A DNA stretch of 64,000 nt from an uncultured Candidatus Entotheonella sp. (GCA_965217185.1 OZ244252.1:160001-224000); one strand, 5' to 3'; positions 1-9,625 are shown, counted from the stretch's first letter. Translations and numbers: made by a program. Notes: generated by a model from the sequence alone, not told the origin.

Positions 1-1453
1 GGGCCGAGTCGCCCGTGTAGTAGACGCCTGAAATGCGTTCCCAATAATCGGTGCCGTAGCGCTCCGGCTCGCCCCACAGCATCGGGGTCAGGCCGGGGAA
101 GGGGCGCTTGATGCCCATAATGCCTTTCTCGCCCGGCGCGCACGGCTCGCCTTCGGGGGTCATGACCACCGCCTCGACGCCCGGCATAGGGATGCCCGAC
201 GAGCCGGGCTTGATGGGCAGCATCCCCAGGCCGTACGGATTGCCGAACACCGGGCCGCCCGTTTCGGTCTGCCACATGTGGTCCATCACCGGTATACGGT
301 CGCCCAGGACGTCCTTCTGCAGCCATTCCCAGACCGGTGCGTTGAGGACCTCGCCGGCGCAGAACACGCGCTCCAGCAGCGACAGGTCGTAGCGCTTGGC
401 CGGCTCGCTGCCGTAACGCATCAGCAGCCGTACCGCGGTGGGGGAGGTGAACACGCCGGTGACGCCGAACTCCTCCATCACCCGCCACAGGGTTTCCGGG
501 CTGGGGTGGTCCAGGGCGCCCTCGTAGACGATAGTCGTGCAGCCGCGCAGCAGGGGTGCGTAGACGATGTAGCTGTGGCCGACCACCCAGCCGATGTCGG
601 AGGTGGACCACCAGACGTCGGTCGGTCTCATGCCGAAGCACCAGTCGCCCATGCTGTGGACATGCACCTGGTAGCCGCCGTGCATGGAGACGGCCAGCTT
701 CGGCTTGGCGGTGGTGCCGGAGGTGGCGAGGATGTAGGCCGGCTCGTTCGATTCCATGGCGACGTGGCCGCCGTCGTGACCTTCGCCCCGCTGCAGGAAA
801 TCGTCCCAGTCGAGGTCGCGGTCGGAGGCCGGGGCTTGGCTGTCGGCGCTGCGGTGCAGGACGACGACGTGCTCCACGCCGTCGCCGCCGGTTTCCATCG
901 CGGCATCGACGATGCCCTTCAGCGGCACGTCGTTGCCCTTGCGGAACGTGATATCGGTGGTGAACAGCAGCCGCGAGCCGCTGGCCTGCACGCGCTCGGC
1001 CAGGGCGCCGGCGCCGAATCCGGCGAAGACCACCGAATGGATGGCGCCGATGCGCACGGTGGCCAGCATCAGCATGATGGCTTCCGGGCAGGTGGGCATG
1101 TAGATCGTGACGCGGTCGCCCTTGCCGATGCCCAGCCCGCGCAGGGCGGCGGCGATGCGGGTCACTTCGCGTGTCAGTTGGGTGTAGGTGAACACGCGCC
1201 GCTCCAGGCGCTCGTTGGCGTAGATCATGGCGGCGTGGCCGCCCCAGCCCTGCGCCACGTGGTGGTCGAGGCAGTTGTAGGCCAGGTTGGTCTCGGCGTT
1301 CAGGAACCAGCGGAAATTGGGGTAATTCCACTCGAAGACGCGGTCCCATTTGCGGAACCAGGGCAACTGCTCGGCGGCGGCGGCCCAGAACGCCTCGGGG
1401 TCCGCCTTCGCCCGTTCGAGCCATTGCCGCACGATCGGATTGATCAGGTCCAT
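1..1453 (-). CDS. acs: Acetate--CoA ligase (acetyl-CoA synthetase family), 3' end outside the window
   Basis: Manual translation from ATG 1453 (RBS TAAGGAAG): MDLINPIVRQWLERAKADPEAFW...NLAYNCLDHHV...YILATSGTTAKPK...SDIGWVVGHSYIVYAPL...DHMWQTETGG. The frame runs off the left edge, so it is absent from the ORF track. Confidence 0.9.
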   Translation of the reverse strand, partial: MDLINPIVRQWLERAKADPEAFWAAAAEQLPWFRKWDRVFEWNYPNFRWFLNAETNLAYNCLDHHVAQGWGGHAAMIYANERLERRVFTYTQLTREVTRIAAALRGLGIGKGDRVTIYMPTCPEAIMLMLATVRIGAIHSVVFAGFGAGALAERVQASGSRLLFTTDITFRKGNDVPLKGIVDAAMETGGDGVEHVVVLHRSADSQAPASDRDLDWDDFLQRGEGHDGGHVAMESNEPAYILATSGTTAKPKLAVSMHGGYQVHVHSMGDWCFGMRPTDVWWSTSDIGWVVGHSYIVYAPLLRGCTTIVYEGALDHPSPETLWRVMEEFGVTGVFTSPTAVRLLMRYGSEPAKRYDLSLLERVFCAGEVLNAPVWEWLQKDVLGDRIPVMDHMWQTETGGPVFGNPYGLGMLPIKPGSSGIPMPGVEAVVMTPEGEPCAPGEKGIMGIKRPFPGLTPMLWGEPERYGTDYWERISGVYYTGDSA

Positions 1454-1463
1454 TGCCGCTTCC

Positions 1464-1727
1464 TTATGGGGTTGGGTGTGTGAGGCCGTCGAACACCGTG
1501 CTGCGCAGGGCCATGCGGGCGCTCAGGAGGCCGGCCAGCAGGCCGTCTTCAAAATTGAACGTGGCATCGTCCGACACCTCGGGGTGGTCCTGGGGATCCT
1601 GCAACTCGTCCGGGCTGAGATGCGGCAGGATGTCCAGCGCCACGTCGCGTACCTTGTCGCGTTGCTGGCTGATCATGCGTTCGAGAACCTCTTCGACGTC
1701 GGTGAAGAGTTGTTGCAATTCGGGCAT
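1464..1727 (-). CDS. Small hypothetical protein (87 aa) directly upstream of acs
   Basis: RBS GAGGAG before the ATG; ends 10 bp before the acs start; plausible helical protein. Confidence 0.7.
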   Translation of the reverse strand: MPELQQLFTDVEEVLERMISQQRDKVRDVALDILPHLSPDELQDPQDHPEVSDDATFNFEDGLLAGLLSARMALRSTVFDGLTHPTP

Positions 1728-1953
1728 GGGGTCTCCTCAGAAAAGTCAATCGTCAGGGCGCCGCGCGGCGGGGGTCAGGCAAGGTCTGTCGGGGATTCCT
1801 GTTTATGTATTGCAGAGCGGCGCATCATAGCATATCCGCTCGCCGCCAAGGCCGCCGCGGGTTTTCCTTTGAAAGCGGTGGGCCAATAATCTAGGATAGT
1901 CGCCCGGTCAGGGAGCCTAGCCGAGAGCGTCCATCGTGTACGGGAGAATTTCT

Positions 1954-3564
1954 ATGGTGCAGACAGCGGTCAATTACATCCCGCTCACCCCCCTGAGTTT
2001 CCTCGCCCGCACTGCGAGCGTCTATCCTGACAAAACAGCCGTTGTCCACAACGATACGCGCTACACCTACCGGCAACTGCAGCATCGGGTGAACCGGCTG
2101 GCGACCGCTTTGCACGGCATCGGCGTGGTCAAGGGCGACCGCGTCGCCTTCCTGTGCCCCAACACCCCGCCCATGTTGGAGGCGCACTTCGGTGTGCCCT
2201 TGGCCGGGGCGATTCTGGTAGGCATCAATACCCGATTGTCGTCGCCGGAAATCGCCTACATTATCAACCATTCCGGTTGCAAGGTGCTGTGCGTCGACGC
2301 GGAATTGGCGGAGTTGATCCGCCCGGTGCGGGACCAGTTGACCAGCGTTGAGACGGTGGTCAACATCCTGGACGGCGATATCGGCGAGCCCCTGGATGAG
2401 GGGACGGATTACGAGTCGTTTCTGGCGACCGGCACGGACGCGCTGCTGGAAAGCCCGGTGCAGGACGAAAACGAGCCGATCAGCATCAATTACACCAGCG
2501 GCACTACCGGCAACCCCAAGGGGGTGCTGTACACGCACCGCAGCGGCTATTTGAACGCCATGACCGCGGCGCTGGAGGTCGGCATGAACTACCGCTCGAC
2601 CTACCTGTGGACGCTGCCCATGTTTCACTGCAACGGCTGGTGCTTCCCGTGGGGCGTGACCGCAGTGGCCGGTACGCACGTCTGCCTGCGGCGTCTGGAG
2701 CCGGCCAGGGTGTTCGACCTCATCGAAGCCGAAAAGGTCTCCCATTTGTGCGGTGCGCCCGTGGTGCTGATCTCTTTGGTCAACCATCCGCGCGCCAAAT
2801 CCGCCGTCTTTCCCCGCAAGCTGCATGTCGTCACCGCCGCAGCGCCGCCGTCCCCGACGGTCATTGCCAACATGGAGGCGCTCGGCGCCGAGATTTTCCA
2901 CGTCTACGGTCTCACCGAGACCTACGGTCCGCACAGCATTTGTGCCTGGCACGAGGAATGGGATGACCTGCCGGTTGACGAGCGTGCCCGCAAAAAGGCG
3001 CGGCAGGGCGTGCCTTACATCGCCGCCGGCGAGATGCGTGTGGTGGACGACAACATGCGCGACGTGCCCGCCGATGCCGAAACCCTCGGCGAGGTGGTGA
3101 TGCGCGGCAACAACGTCATGCTCGGCTACTACGAGCAGCCCGAGGTGACTGCCGAAGCCTTCCGCGGCGGCTGGTTCCACAGCGGCGACCTGGCCGTCAT
3201 GCACCCGGACGGCTACGTGGAGCTGCGGGACCGCAAGAAGGACATCATCATCAGCGGCGGCGAGAATATCTCGACCATCGAGGTGGAGAACACCATCTAC
3301 CGGCACCCGGACGTGCAGGAGGTGTCGGTCATCGCCATCCCGGACGAAAAATGGGGCGAGGTGCCCAAGGCGTTCGTGGTGCCCAAGCCGGGCACGCAGC
3401 CGACGGAGGCCGACATCATCCAGTTCTGCCGCGACCACATAGCGCACTTCAAGTGCCCGAAGGCGGTGGAATTCGGCGACTTGCCAAAAACCTCTACCGG
3501 CAAGGTGAAGAAATTCGCGCTGCGGGAGAAAGAGTGGAAGGGGCTTGAGACCCGCATCAACTAG
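1954..3564 (+). CDS. Acyl-CoA synthetase / fatty-acid--CoA ligase (AMP-binding)
   Basis: PLTPLSFL N-terminus, YTSGTTGNPKG P-loop, YGLTETYGP, GWFHSGD, LPKTSTGK; start set at ATG 1954 after GGGAGA. Confidence 0.93.
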   Translation: MVQTAVNYIPLTPLSFLARTASVYPDKTAVVHNDTRYTYRQLQHRVNRLATALHGIGVVKGDRVAFLCPNTPPMLEAHFGVPLAGAILVGINTRLSSPEIAYIINHSGCKVLCVDAELAELIRPVRDQLTSVETVVNILDGDIGEPLDEGTDYESFLATGTDALLESPVQDENEPISINYTSGTTGNPKGVLYTHRSGYLNAMTAALEVGMNYRSTYLWTLPMFHCNGWCFPWGVTAVAGTHVCLRRLEPARVFDLIEAEKVSHLCGAPVVLISLVNHPRAKSAVFPRKLHVVTAAAPPSPTVIANMEALGAEIFHVYGLTETYGPHSICAWHEEWDDLPVDERARKKARQGVPYIAAGEMRVVDDNMRDVPADAETLGEVVMRGNNVMLGYYEQPEVTAEAFRGGWFHSGDLAVMHPDGYVELRDRKKDIIISGGENISTIEVENTIYRHPDVQEVSVIAIPDEKWGEVPKAFVVPKPGTQPTEADIIQFCRDHIAHFKCPKAVEFGDLPKTSTGKVKKFALREKEWKGLETRIN

Positions 3565-3614
3565 ACCGAACCGGCGCGCGGCGTCTTGCCGCTACGTGTC
3601 AGGAGGAGCCTGCT

Positions 3615-4505
3615 ATGGACGTTCTGTCGTTTTCGAAGGTGCCGACGCTGAAGCGTCCCACCCTCTTGCTCGCCTTTGCCGGGTGGAACGACGCCGGGAA
3701 CGCCGCGACGTTCGCCGCCAAATTCCTTCTGCAACGCCTGCAGGGCCAGAATTTCGCCACCCTGGACCCGGAGATTTTCTACAACTTTTCCGAACAACGC
3801 CCGCACGTGCGCTTTAGCGGCGGCGAGCGGGAAATCATCTGGCCGGCGAATGAGTTCGCCTACGCCAGCGATCCACAACTGGCGCAGGACGTCATCATTG
3901 CGCTGGGCGTCGAGCCCCACCTGCAATGGCGCCGGTATATCGATTCGGTGCTGCACGTGATTGAGGAATGCGGGGTGGAGTTGGTCGTCACCCTCGGCGC
4001 GCTGCTCGCCGACGTCGCCTATGCCAAGCCAATACGGCTGACCGGTTCCGCCAGCGACGCGGAATTGGCGCAGCGCCTGCATCTGTCGCCCTCCCGCTAC
4101 GAAGGCCCAACCGGCATCGTCGGCGTCCTGCACGACACCTGCCGCCGCCGCGGTTTTCCCGCCCTCAGCATCTGGGCCAACGTGCCTCACTACATCGCCG
4201 CCACGCCCAACGTCAAGGCCGCCCTGGCCATCGTCCAGCGGGTGCTCCGGCTGCTCGATTTCAGCACGGATTTAAGCGATCTCGAGCGCGCTGCCGGTGA
4301 GTTCGACCGCCGCGTCAGCGATGTTCTGGCCAGTGATCCCAAGGTTGCCGAATACGTCCGCCGCCTCGAAGAGCGCGATGAGGATGAGGAGGACGAAGAT
4401 GACGAGATCGACAATACCAACGACCTGCCCAGCGGCGACGAACTCGCCCGCGAACTCGAAGCCTTCCTCCGCGAGCAGCGCCGCGAGCAGGATGATGAGG
4501 AATAG
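3615..4505 (+). CDS. PAC2 (proteasome assembly chaperone) family protein
   Basis: AFAGWNDAGNAAT, GVEPHLQW, YEGPTGIVGVL, WANVPHY, YVRRLEE, PSGDELARELEAFLR motifs; RBS AGGAGGAG. Confidence 0.85.
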   Translation: MDVLSFSKVPTLKRPTLLLAFAGWNDAGNAATFAAKFLLQRLQGQNFATLDPEIFYNFSEQRPHVRFSGGEREIIWPANEFAYASDPQLAQDVIIALGVEPHLQWRRYIDSVLHVIEECGVELVVTLGALLADVAYAKPIRLTGSASDAELAQRLHLSPSRYEGPTGIVGVLHDTCRRRGFPALSIWANVPHYIAATPNVKAALAIVQRVLRLLDFSTDLSDLERAAGEFDRRVSDVLASDPKVAEYVRRLEERDEDEEDEDDEIDNTNDLPSGDELARELEAFLREQRREQDDEE

Positions 4506-4529
4506 GGTAGGCGGCGGGGCCGGCGCCCG

Positions 4530-5939
4530 TCAGACGCCGTCGATCACGGGCATTTCCACTTTCGAGGAAGCTATCTCACCTGCCAGGGCGTAGAGACCGG
4601 CTTGCGTCACGCGCACCGGCACCAACTGGCCGATGCAGGATGGATCGGCGGGGAAGTTGATGATCTTGTTGGTGCGGGTGCGACCGGTCAGCCTGGTGGG
4701 GTCTTTCTTGCTGGGTCCTTCCACCAGAACTTCGTAGGTTCCCCCTTCGTAAACCAGATTCGCGGCCAGAGAGATGCGCTTCTGCATGTTCAGGAGGCCG
4801 TCGAAGCGGCGTTTCTTGTCCGCGTGCGGCACCTGATCGGGCAGGCTGGGGGCGATAGTGCCGGGGCGTTCGGAGTAGTTGAACAGGTAGATGGCGTCGA
4901 AGCGTACCAACTCCAGCATGCGGCGCGTTTCCAGAAACTCTTCTTCGGTCTCGCCCGGAAATCCCACGATGACGTCGGTCGATAGCGCCAGGTTGGGCAC
5001 CGCTTCCCGGATGCGGGCGATGAGGTCGCGGTAGCCCTCGGCGGTGTAGCCGCGGCGCATCAACTTGAGGATACGGTCGGCGCCGGCCTGGAAGGGCAGG
5101 TGGAGGAATTCGCAGACTTTGTCCAGCCCGGCCATGGCGTCGATGAGGCGCTGGGTGAAATCCAGCGGGTGGGAGGTGACGAACCGGATGCGCTCGATAC
5201 CCGACACTTCCTGCACGGCTTCGAGCAGGGCGGCAAAATCGGAGCGGTGCGGGCGGAAGTCGCTGCCGTAGGCGTTGACGTTTTGCCCGACCAGGGTGAC
5301 CTCGCGGTAACCGGCGTCGGCCAGGCCGCGTATTTCGTCTAAAATGACCGGCATCGGGCGGCTGACCTGCGGCCCGCGCGTGTCCGGCACGACACAGAAC
5401 GAACAGCGCTTGTTGCAGCCGTGCATGACGCTGACGAACGCCGTCACCCGGCTGGCGCGCTGCACGGGCAAGGCGCCGAGGTCGCCGTCGAGCACCTTGT
5501 CGGTAATCTCCAGAACGGGTTCGCCCGCCGTCTCCACCTGCTGCACCAGGTCCAGCACGCGGCTGACGTTCAGGGTGCCGAAGACCAGGTCGACGTACGG
5601 CGCCCGCTCCAGAATTTCTCCCCTGGCGCGCTGCGCGATGCAGCCGCACACGCCGATCATCATGCCCGGGCGCTGCTGCTTGAGGCGACGCAGGCGGCCC
5701 AGTTCACTGTAAAATTTCTGCTCCGCCTTCTCGCGGATGCTGCACGTGTTCATCAGCACCAGGTCGGCCTGTTGCGCGTCCGGCGTGAGTTCGTAGCCGC
5801 CATGCCTGAGCACCCCGGCCATGCGCTCCGAGTCGTACACGTTCATCTGGCAGCCGTAGGTGATGATGGAAAGTTTCTTCGTCGAAGCACCCTCCTCTTG
5901 AGGGAGGGGCTGGGGAGGGGAAATGGTCTTCGTTGTCAT
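4530..5939 (-). CDS. miaB: tRNA-2-methylthio-N6-dimethylallyladenosine synthase MiaB
   Basis: TYGCQMNVYDSE, NTCSIREKAEQK, radical SAM CNKRCSFC, C-terminal TRAM domain; start at ATG 5939 after GAGGA. Confidence 0.95.
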   Translation of the reverse strand: MTTKTISPPQPLPQEEGASTKKLSIITYGCQMNVYDSERMAGVLRHGGYELTPDAQQADLVLMNTCSIREKAEQKFYSELGRLRRLKQQRPGMMIGVCGCIAQRARGEILERAPYVDLVFGTLNVSRVLDLVQQVETAGEPVLEITDKVLDGDLGALPVQRASRVTAFVSVMHGCNKRCSFCVVPDTRGPQVSRPMPVILDEIRGLADAGYREVTLVGQNVNAYGSDFRPHRSDFAALLEAVQEVSGIERIRFVTSHPLDFTQRLIDAMAGLDKVCEFLHLPFQAGADRILKLMRRGYTAEGYRDLIARIREAVPNLALSTDVIVGFPGETEEEFLETRRMLELVRFDAIYLFNYSERPGTIAPSLPDQVPHADKKRRFDGLLNMQKRISLAANLVYEGGTYEVLVEGPSKKDPTRLTGRTRTNKIINFPADPSCIGQLVPVRVTQAGLYALAGEIASSKVEMPVIDGV

Positions 5940-5995
5940 GCGGTGTTCCTCAGGTGGGGTATGGCGTTGTACCTCGCGCGTTTCGACACGCCGCT

Positions 5996-6415
5996 TCACG
6001 GCAATTCGACCGAATGCTGCCAGCAAACGTCGTTGAAATCACGTTTATTGAAAGTCAGCATTGCGGTAACGGCAACGTTCGTATCTTCAATAATCGCACG
6101 GAGTACGGCGTCGACGAGGCTGAGCGGTCGATGCGCTTTCCTTGTCACCGCCTGATACGCCTCGACTCGATACGGCGAATCATCGAGCAACTCCGTGTTG
6201 TCAGACGTGATGATGGCATCAAACTGCGCCATGATTCCGCGTCTCCGGGAAAAGCGGGTATTGACCGTTTCATAAAGCACCGGCCACGGCAGAATGATGG
6301 CGTACACGTCCAAAAGTTTCTGTTTCTCTTGCGCTTCAGGGTGATATGAGTCCCGCTCATCATACAGGGCAATAAAAAAACCGGTATCGACCAACAATCC
6401 TTGGCCTTGACTCAT
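5996..6415 (-). CDS. PIN-domain (VapC-like) ribonuclease toxin
   Basis: LLVDTGFFIAL...VLYET...SLVDAVL...TFNKRDF PIN pattern; ATGA overlap with the upstream gene. Confidence 0.85.
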   Translation of the reverse strand: MSQGQGLLVDTGFFIALYDERDSYHPEAQEKQKLLDVYAIILPWPVLYETVNTRFSRRRGIMAQFDAIITSDNTELLDDSPYRVEAYQAVTRKAHRPLSLVDAVLRAIIEDTNVAVTAMLTFNKRDFNDVCWQHSVELP

Positions 6416-6738
6416 TGGGTATCGCCCAGGTCTTCTTCGGTTTCATCCTTGTCGCCGAAGCCCTCCCAAGGCGCGCCCTTTCGGTGTCCGATGAGATAGC
6501 GCCCGGAAATTTTCGCCTCTTTTTTGTAGATGACGTATATCCTGGAACGTTTGTTCAGGGCAACCACACTCTCGATGTCGCCCTTCAGAGAAGCCGGAAG
6601 GTCGCCGTCATGGGTGAACTGCAAATACGCGACACTGCCGCCGCATTCCTTGGCGCCGTGGTTGTCCAGCCACGCATACATGCCTTCGTAATCACCGTTC
6701 ACGCCCAGATCATACGACAGCCAGATCGTGCTCTTCAC
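6412..6738 (-). CDS. Hypothetical 108-aa protein with a Cas2/VapD-like N-terminal motif, coupled to the PIN gene
   Basis: IWLSYDL...DYEGMYAWL start resembles the hydrophobic-strand-YD motif of Cas2/VapD folds; RBS GAGGAG; GTG start. Confidence 0.65.
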   Translation of the reverse strand: MKSTIWLSYDLGVNGDYEGMYAWLDNHGAKECGGSVAYLQFTHDGDLPASLKGDIESVVALNKRSRIYVIYKKEAKISGRYLIGHRKGAPWEGFGDKDETEEDLGDTQ

Positions 6739-6916
6739 CGTTTTCTCCTCTCGCCGTCGTCAACCGCTTCGGCCCGCAGCCCCGGTGCCGGCTTCCTGTC
6801 AGCAGAGGCTGAACTCATCGCGAGCGCAGCACGCCGACGCGCTTGCAAAACGACGGCACCGGGCACTGGCCGCACAGTGGTGAGGTCGGCTTGCAACAGT
6901 GCTGGCCCAGCGCCAC
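6667..6916. repeat. Diverged direct repeat of 12837-13070 (nth 3' end plus 5' end of the Cas2-like gene)
   Basis: 6798-6916 aligns ungapped with 12952-13070 (119 bp); 6667-6752 aligns with 12837-12924. Confidence 0.9.
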
Positions 6917-7001
6917 GCGCGCAGCCGTATTTGGAAAGTGTCTGTGGAGGATAGCGTTGAACCTTGCGCAAATCGATACGCCGTCTCAAGCAACTTGATC
7001 G

Positions 7002-7238
7002 CATGCTGCCCGGCAGACATCGTTGTAAGTCAATATCGCGGCAACGTTTGTATCTTTAGTCGTCGCACGCAGCATGGCATCGACGCGGCCCACCGGTCAA
7101 CTCCGCGTTGTCCGACGTCATGATGGCATCGAACTGCGCCATGATCCGGCGTCTCCGGGAAAAGCGTGTGTTGATCGTCTCATAAAGCACCGGCCACGGC
7201 AGAACGATGGCGTACACACCCAACAGTTTCTGTTTCTC
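7002..7238 (-). pseudogene. Degraded, internally deleted second copy of the PIN gene
   Basis: Long shared segments with ~6010-6330 (e.g. tcataaagcaccggccacggcagaa, gcgtctccgggaaaagcg); 5' end missing and internal deletions. Confidence 0.85.
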
Positions 7239-7285
7239 TGTTCCACGGCTATACCATACCAGTGCGCGGCCTCACCGAAAACATC

Positions 7286-7312
7286 CATCCCGATAAGGTC
7301 GTTATGGCAAAT
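7286..7312 (+). other. XerCD dif-like site A (5-bp spacer, atypical)
   Basis: CATCCCGATAA GGTCG TTATGGCAAAT; right arm matches the E. coli XerD arm TTATGTTAAAT at 9/11. Confidence 0.5.
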
Positions 7313-7429
7313 CGGCACGGCCTAGTTGCGGTGGCAGGCGGAAAAGAAATGCCTTGGCAAGTTTTCGGGCTTGTCAGGGCATCCTTGCATGGGGAGCCGT
7401 GCAGGTATGACGAGTTCCCTCGTCAACTT

Positions 7430-8308
7430 GTAGAGTCGGCGACTGGCGCGGTGGCGGTAGGCGAACGGGGGTAGCTGTTCCCGGCAGCTTTCGCAATGCC
7501 GGTGCCTCACTCCTCGCCGTGGCTCCGTTTCCAGTCGCCGCTCTCCGAACCGGACAGGCGGATTTACCGCATCCGGCTCTCCAGTGGGATCATGCGTCTC
7601 GCACACGGAACACCCTGGCAACCGCGGGCAGCAGGTAATCGGACTTGCGGGAGCGGCACAGCTTCCGCCCTGCGGCGCGCGTTGCGTTCAGTGGGTCGTC
7701 GAGCCTGTTGACGCCTCGACGACCCCGCGCCTAAAGGCACGGTTCCTTCACTTGGGCATGTGATGCTGCCGGGTTTTCTGGTCATCATTCGGGGTAATAG
7801 GCATAGCCACTCCCGTGACCCTTCTCCCTTTGGACATCGCTCCTCACATGAGGCCCCTTCCCTCCGCCGGCGTTACCCGGCTTCACCGGTACTGCAAGCC
7901 TCTCCGCCACCCTGCCGGCCCGACCTGACCCTCGCGGGCTGTCGGTTGGCGCGTGCCACGCCACCGGACAGGGCTTCCCGTGTTGCGTCCATTCCCCTCT
8001 TCCATGCGTGCTGCCGCCAATACCCCGGCGGAACCCGTCGGTGCATGTGTCGCTCGCTTCCCGACAGGTAGCAGCCTTCCCCGTTATCAGGGCGGGTCGG
8101 CTTCCGCATCACCGCTTTCGAGGCCTGCTCGACGTTCACTCACGTTGCGGCCCGCATGGTCGCTAAGCCGCCCTTGGCGGCCCGTTGCGTCGGAGTTGCT
8201 TCAGACGATGTCGTTGCCTCCATCATCCGCTCCGACTGCTACCGGCTGGAACGACAGTTGCCGGGCGGGATTCGCACCCGCTGAAGAATGGCGCCTTCCA
8301 CGGCGCAC
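7430..8308 (-). ncRNA. ORF-less group II intron (879 nt)
   Basis: 5' GUGCG at 8308; domain V GAGCCGGAUGCGGUAAAUCCGCCUGUCCGGUUC (7579-7547) with the AGC triad; long domain VI ending ...GACUCUAC at 7430; putative EBS1 CUGAUAAC (8090-8083) complementary to the 5' exon end GUUAUCAG; no RT ORF. Confidence 0.9.
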
Positions 8309-8333
8309 CTGATAACCCCGCGTTATGTTGCCT
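8309..8333 (+). other. XerCD dif-like site B, split by the intron (the left 4 nt lie at 7426-7429)
   Basis: Rejoined exons read ACTTCTGATAA CCCCGCG TTATGTTGCCT (11-7-11). Confidence 0.55.
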
Positions 8334-8356
8334 TTGGCAAGCCTCGGCTTGCCAAA
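8333..8356 (-). terminator. Hairpin just after the stop of the SH3 lipoprotein gene
   Basis: TTTGGCAAGCC TC GGCTTGCCAAA, perfect 11-bp inverted repeat. Confidence 0.5.
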
Positions 8357-8774
8357 CACTAGCGGTAAGTCTGCCCATTGGTAGCGTCCAAGTAAATCCG
8401 ATTGCTCATATGCAGACCGCCGCAATATGTGAAGTACACCGACCTACCACGGGTAGTTGATCGTACCCATCCGCCCATTTCCTCAAAGTCTGCGATCATG
8501 CACTGTTGCTGTGAAATCAGTTGCTTTGCCGCCTCCAGAAATCTTGAGTTGTACCTGTGAAAGTCGTCAGATTTGCTTATTGCTCTATCCAATGGAGATG
8601 CAGAAGAGCGAACATGCACGGCATTGTCAGCAAGTTTAGTTTGAGATAGGTATGCAACTGCCACCCAACGGGCTACTTCGACAGATGCTCCTTCGACGAA
8701 TCCGTCGTAGTATTGAGAAATACGAGCCCATCCCCCTTGCACCTCCAGAACGTCCACCTTTTGTCCACGGTCTA

Positions 8775-9625
8775 GGGCCTGTTGACATTCACATAGTTTC
8801 TCGGCTGTAATGGAAGGGAATACAACCCCAATCCATACCAGCCAAGAGGAGGTGGGCGCATGGTGCGAAGAATCCTCAGCGACTCGCAATGGGCGCGTGT
8901 GGCGCTGCTGTTACCCGGAAAGGACGGCGATCCTGGACGATCCGCAAGAGACAATCGGGAGTTCCTCGAAGCCGTTTTGTGGATTGCTCGTACCGGTTCG
9001 CCGTGGCGTGACTTGCCCGACGAGTTCGGGCTGTGGAACTCGGTCTTTCAACGCTTCCGCAGGTGGGCACTCAAAGGCGTCTTCGAGCGCGTTTTCAAGG
9101 TCTTGTCGGTCGATGCCGACTTCGAGTACGTGCTCATCGACGGCACCATCGTGCGCCTCCATCAACACGGTGCCGGGGCAAAAGGGGGACCCAAAGCCAA
9201 GCCATCGGTCGCTCGCGAGGGGGGCCAAGCACGAAGATCAGCGTGATGGTCGACGCCCTGGGCAACTTGGTGGATTTTGTGCTGCTGCCGGGCCAGCGCC
9301 ATGATTTGATCGGTGTTGCTGCCTTGCTTGATGGCGTCGAGTTCGAGGCGCTGATTGCAGACCGGGCCTACGACAGCAACGCCCTGCGCGACGAGTTGAA
9401 AGAGCGCGGTGCGACGGCGGTGATTCCCCCCAGATCGAATCGCGTCGATGAGATCGACTACGACCGGGAGATGTACAAGTGGCGTCATCTGGTGGAGAAT
9501 TTCTTTTGTAACCTCAAGCAGTTCCGTCGTCTTGCGATGCGTTTTGAGAAGACGGATGTGAGCTACGCCGCGATGATACATGTGGTGAGTTCTCGCTTGG
9601 CACTTGCCTAAATGTCAACAGGCCC
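8775..9625 (+). mobile_element. IS5-family insertion sequence (IS427-group-like, 851 bp)
   Basis: Perfect terminal IRs GGGCCTGTTGACATT / AATGTCAACAGGCCC; TA duplication; two overlapping ORFs. Confidence 0.95.
8860..9611 (+). CDS. IS5-family transposase expressed by -1 frameshift (orfA 8860-9246; orfB to 9611)
   Basis: LSDSQW...WRDLPDEFG...IDGTIVRLHQHGAGAKGG; orfB GRSRGG..TKI, ADRAYDS, ENFFCNLKQFRR; slippery AAAAGGGGG at 9180-9188. Confidence 0.9.

Noticed and set aside
278..3447. Long ORFs 278-1483(+) and 1891-3447(-), and similar shadows elsewhere (e.g. 14108-15499, 60827-62278)
   Set aside because: They are antisense shadows of well-supported genes in GC-rich DNA
6412..6738. Calling this gene cas2 of a CRISPR-Cas system
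   Set aside because: There is no cas1, other cas gene or array in the window; only a short motif is similar
7322..8460. Short ORFs across the intron, including a possible RT remnant
   Set aside because: None has RT/maturase motifs such as YADD; they overlap structured RNA domains
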